Below are positions 62,958 through 64,000 of a DNA stretch of 64,000 bases, one piece after another; position 1 is the stretch's first letter, and each line of letters starts with the position of its first letter. The DNA is taken from positions 200,913-264,912 of IMG/VR virus record IMGVR_UViG_3300050821_009835; one strand, given 5' to 3'. Made by a program: the position numbers and the translations under genes. The notes beneath the pieces are model-generated. The model worked only from the letters and a program-made list of their open reading frames with translations, was not told the DNA's origin and ran no database searches.

Positions 62958-64000
62958 ATGAACACCTTGACGAATAACCCTGAAGACAGAGTGCCTATAA
63001 ATGAAGCTGGTTTCAAAAAACCACTTAGACAAAAGAAAGGCAATGGTTATCCTTTTGGAGAATCGGAACTTCGATTGGTGCCAGTTTCTTCTTTATACCC
63101 AACTCAAGAGATTGTAATTTCTTCAATAGTGAGTAAACACATGAACTCTCTTGAAACAAGGCCTCCAGAAGTTGTGGACACGAATGGAAAACTTCTTGTA
63201 GCTGATGGTCATCATCGGATTGCTGCTGCGATAGCTAAAGGAGACAAAAATATCTTGGTATCTGTATTTCCCAAGTGGGGGGCTAAAGGAAGTACTGAAG
63301 GTTGGGGTGAAGTAAGAACTTGGAAGATAAATAAAGCTAACGCTAACGCTAACGATAGTCCACTTCTACAACATCATAAGACCAAAGTTGCACTAGACGC
63401 ACTCCTTGAAATGTATGCTGACCCCACTCGTGCTACTGAGACGGGCGATTGGCACGCTGACCCTGACTATGATGATCCACTCGCCATGAAGGGGACAGAA
63501 CCTGAAAACGTGAAGTACGGCGACGCACCCCTTCCCGCTCAGAAAACAGATGGAGTAGATCCAACATTGAATCCTGAAGACAAAATCTTCAAACGCAGTA
63601 AACCCGCAGCGGATCTCTCAATGGTCATTTCTGCCGCTGGCGGACGGAGTTTTATGTACAAACATTTCAAAGATGCGCATACTGCTCACGCTCATCTTGT
63701 AGAGACAGCGCGTTACTATCATGTTGCTGACTTCGGTCAAATTTGGGCTTGGGCGGAGAAGAATTTTCCTGTTAAAGAAGCTGTAGTCGAACAGAAATTA
63801 ACTCCTAAGATGTTACCTCAGCGCGATGATATGCGCGGACATTTGGATGAGGATGTTAAAGACGAGATAAATGAGATAGTGGATGCTCCTGTAATGCAAG
63901 GTGCGAAAGGTGTGCATATCGGGGCGTCGCAAGCAGAAATTTTGAAGGCGTTTGACCATCTTCTGAATCTTTTGTATGGTACAAGTCCAAATGAACTTAG
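62958..64000 (+). CDS. ParB/Srx-like N-terminal domain fused to a low-complexity region, runs off the window (not in ORF track)
   Basis: Frame open from ATG 62958 to the window end; VPVSSLYPTQ...PPEVV....LLVADGHHRIAAA. Confidence 0.75.
   Translation, partial: MNTLTNNPEDRVPINEAGFKKPLRQKKGNGYPFGESELRLVPVSSLYPTQEIVISSIVSKHMNSLETRPPEVVDTNGKLLVADGHHRIAAAIAKGDKNILVSVFPKWGAKGSTEGWGEVRTWKINKANANANDSPLLQHHKTKVALDALLEMYADPTRATETGDWHADPDYDDPLAMKGTEPENVKYGDAPLPAQKTDGVDPTLNPEDKIFKRSKPAADLSMVISAAGGRSFMYKHFKDAHTAHAHLVETARYYHVADFGQIWAWAEKNFPVKEAVVEQKLTPKMLPQRDDMRGHLDEDVKDEINEIVDAPVMQGAKGVHIGASQAEILKAFDHLLNLLYGTSPNEL

Noticed and set aside
1-64000. CRISPR array, diversity-generating retroelement or retron
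   Set aside because: No regularly spaced repeats with unique spacers, no template/variable repeat pair, and no reverse transcriptase motifs seen.
1-64000. Stop-codon reassignment
   Set aside because: Long conserved genes are intact in the standard code, TAA, TAG and TGA all end genes, and there is no suppressor tRNA.

Overview
A 64 kb segment of a large contractile-tailed (myovirus, jumbo-like) phage genome in the standard genetic code, mostly + strand. The host is probably in Acidobacteriota, an inference from a single-module Clp-type ATPase and clan-A glycoside hydrolases that resemble Acidobacteria proteins. Morphogenesis genes (portal, neck/head-tail proteins, tail terminator, 1204-aa sheath, tube, large Ig/CBM/FN3 virion protein, lysin-like protein) are interleaved with replication and repair genes (family A DNA polymerase, separate primase Zn-finger and TOPRIM genes, clamp-like protein, Rad50-like half, UvrD, DNA ligase). 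The window also has two RNA ligases, five tRNA genes, a NAD+ salvage pair (NAMPT and NMNAT-Nudix) and four freestanding homing endonucleases. The most notable items are: a WGR-regulatory-catalytic PARP with an intact H-Y-E triad alongside NAD+ recycling genes; a 203-nt ORF-less group I intron in the tail tube gene next to a divergent GIY-YIG gene; an unassigned ~315-nt structured RNA; a 95-bp segment whose inversion would swap the C-termini of two convergent genes and complete a split FN3 domain; Thr and Gln tRNAs with long variable regions; and a G-S-P-P peptide enriched in virion proteins. All assignments come from motif reading by eye. No database search or folding program was run.
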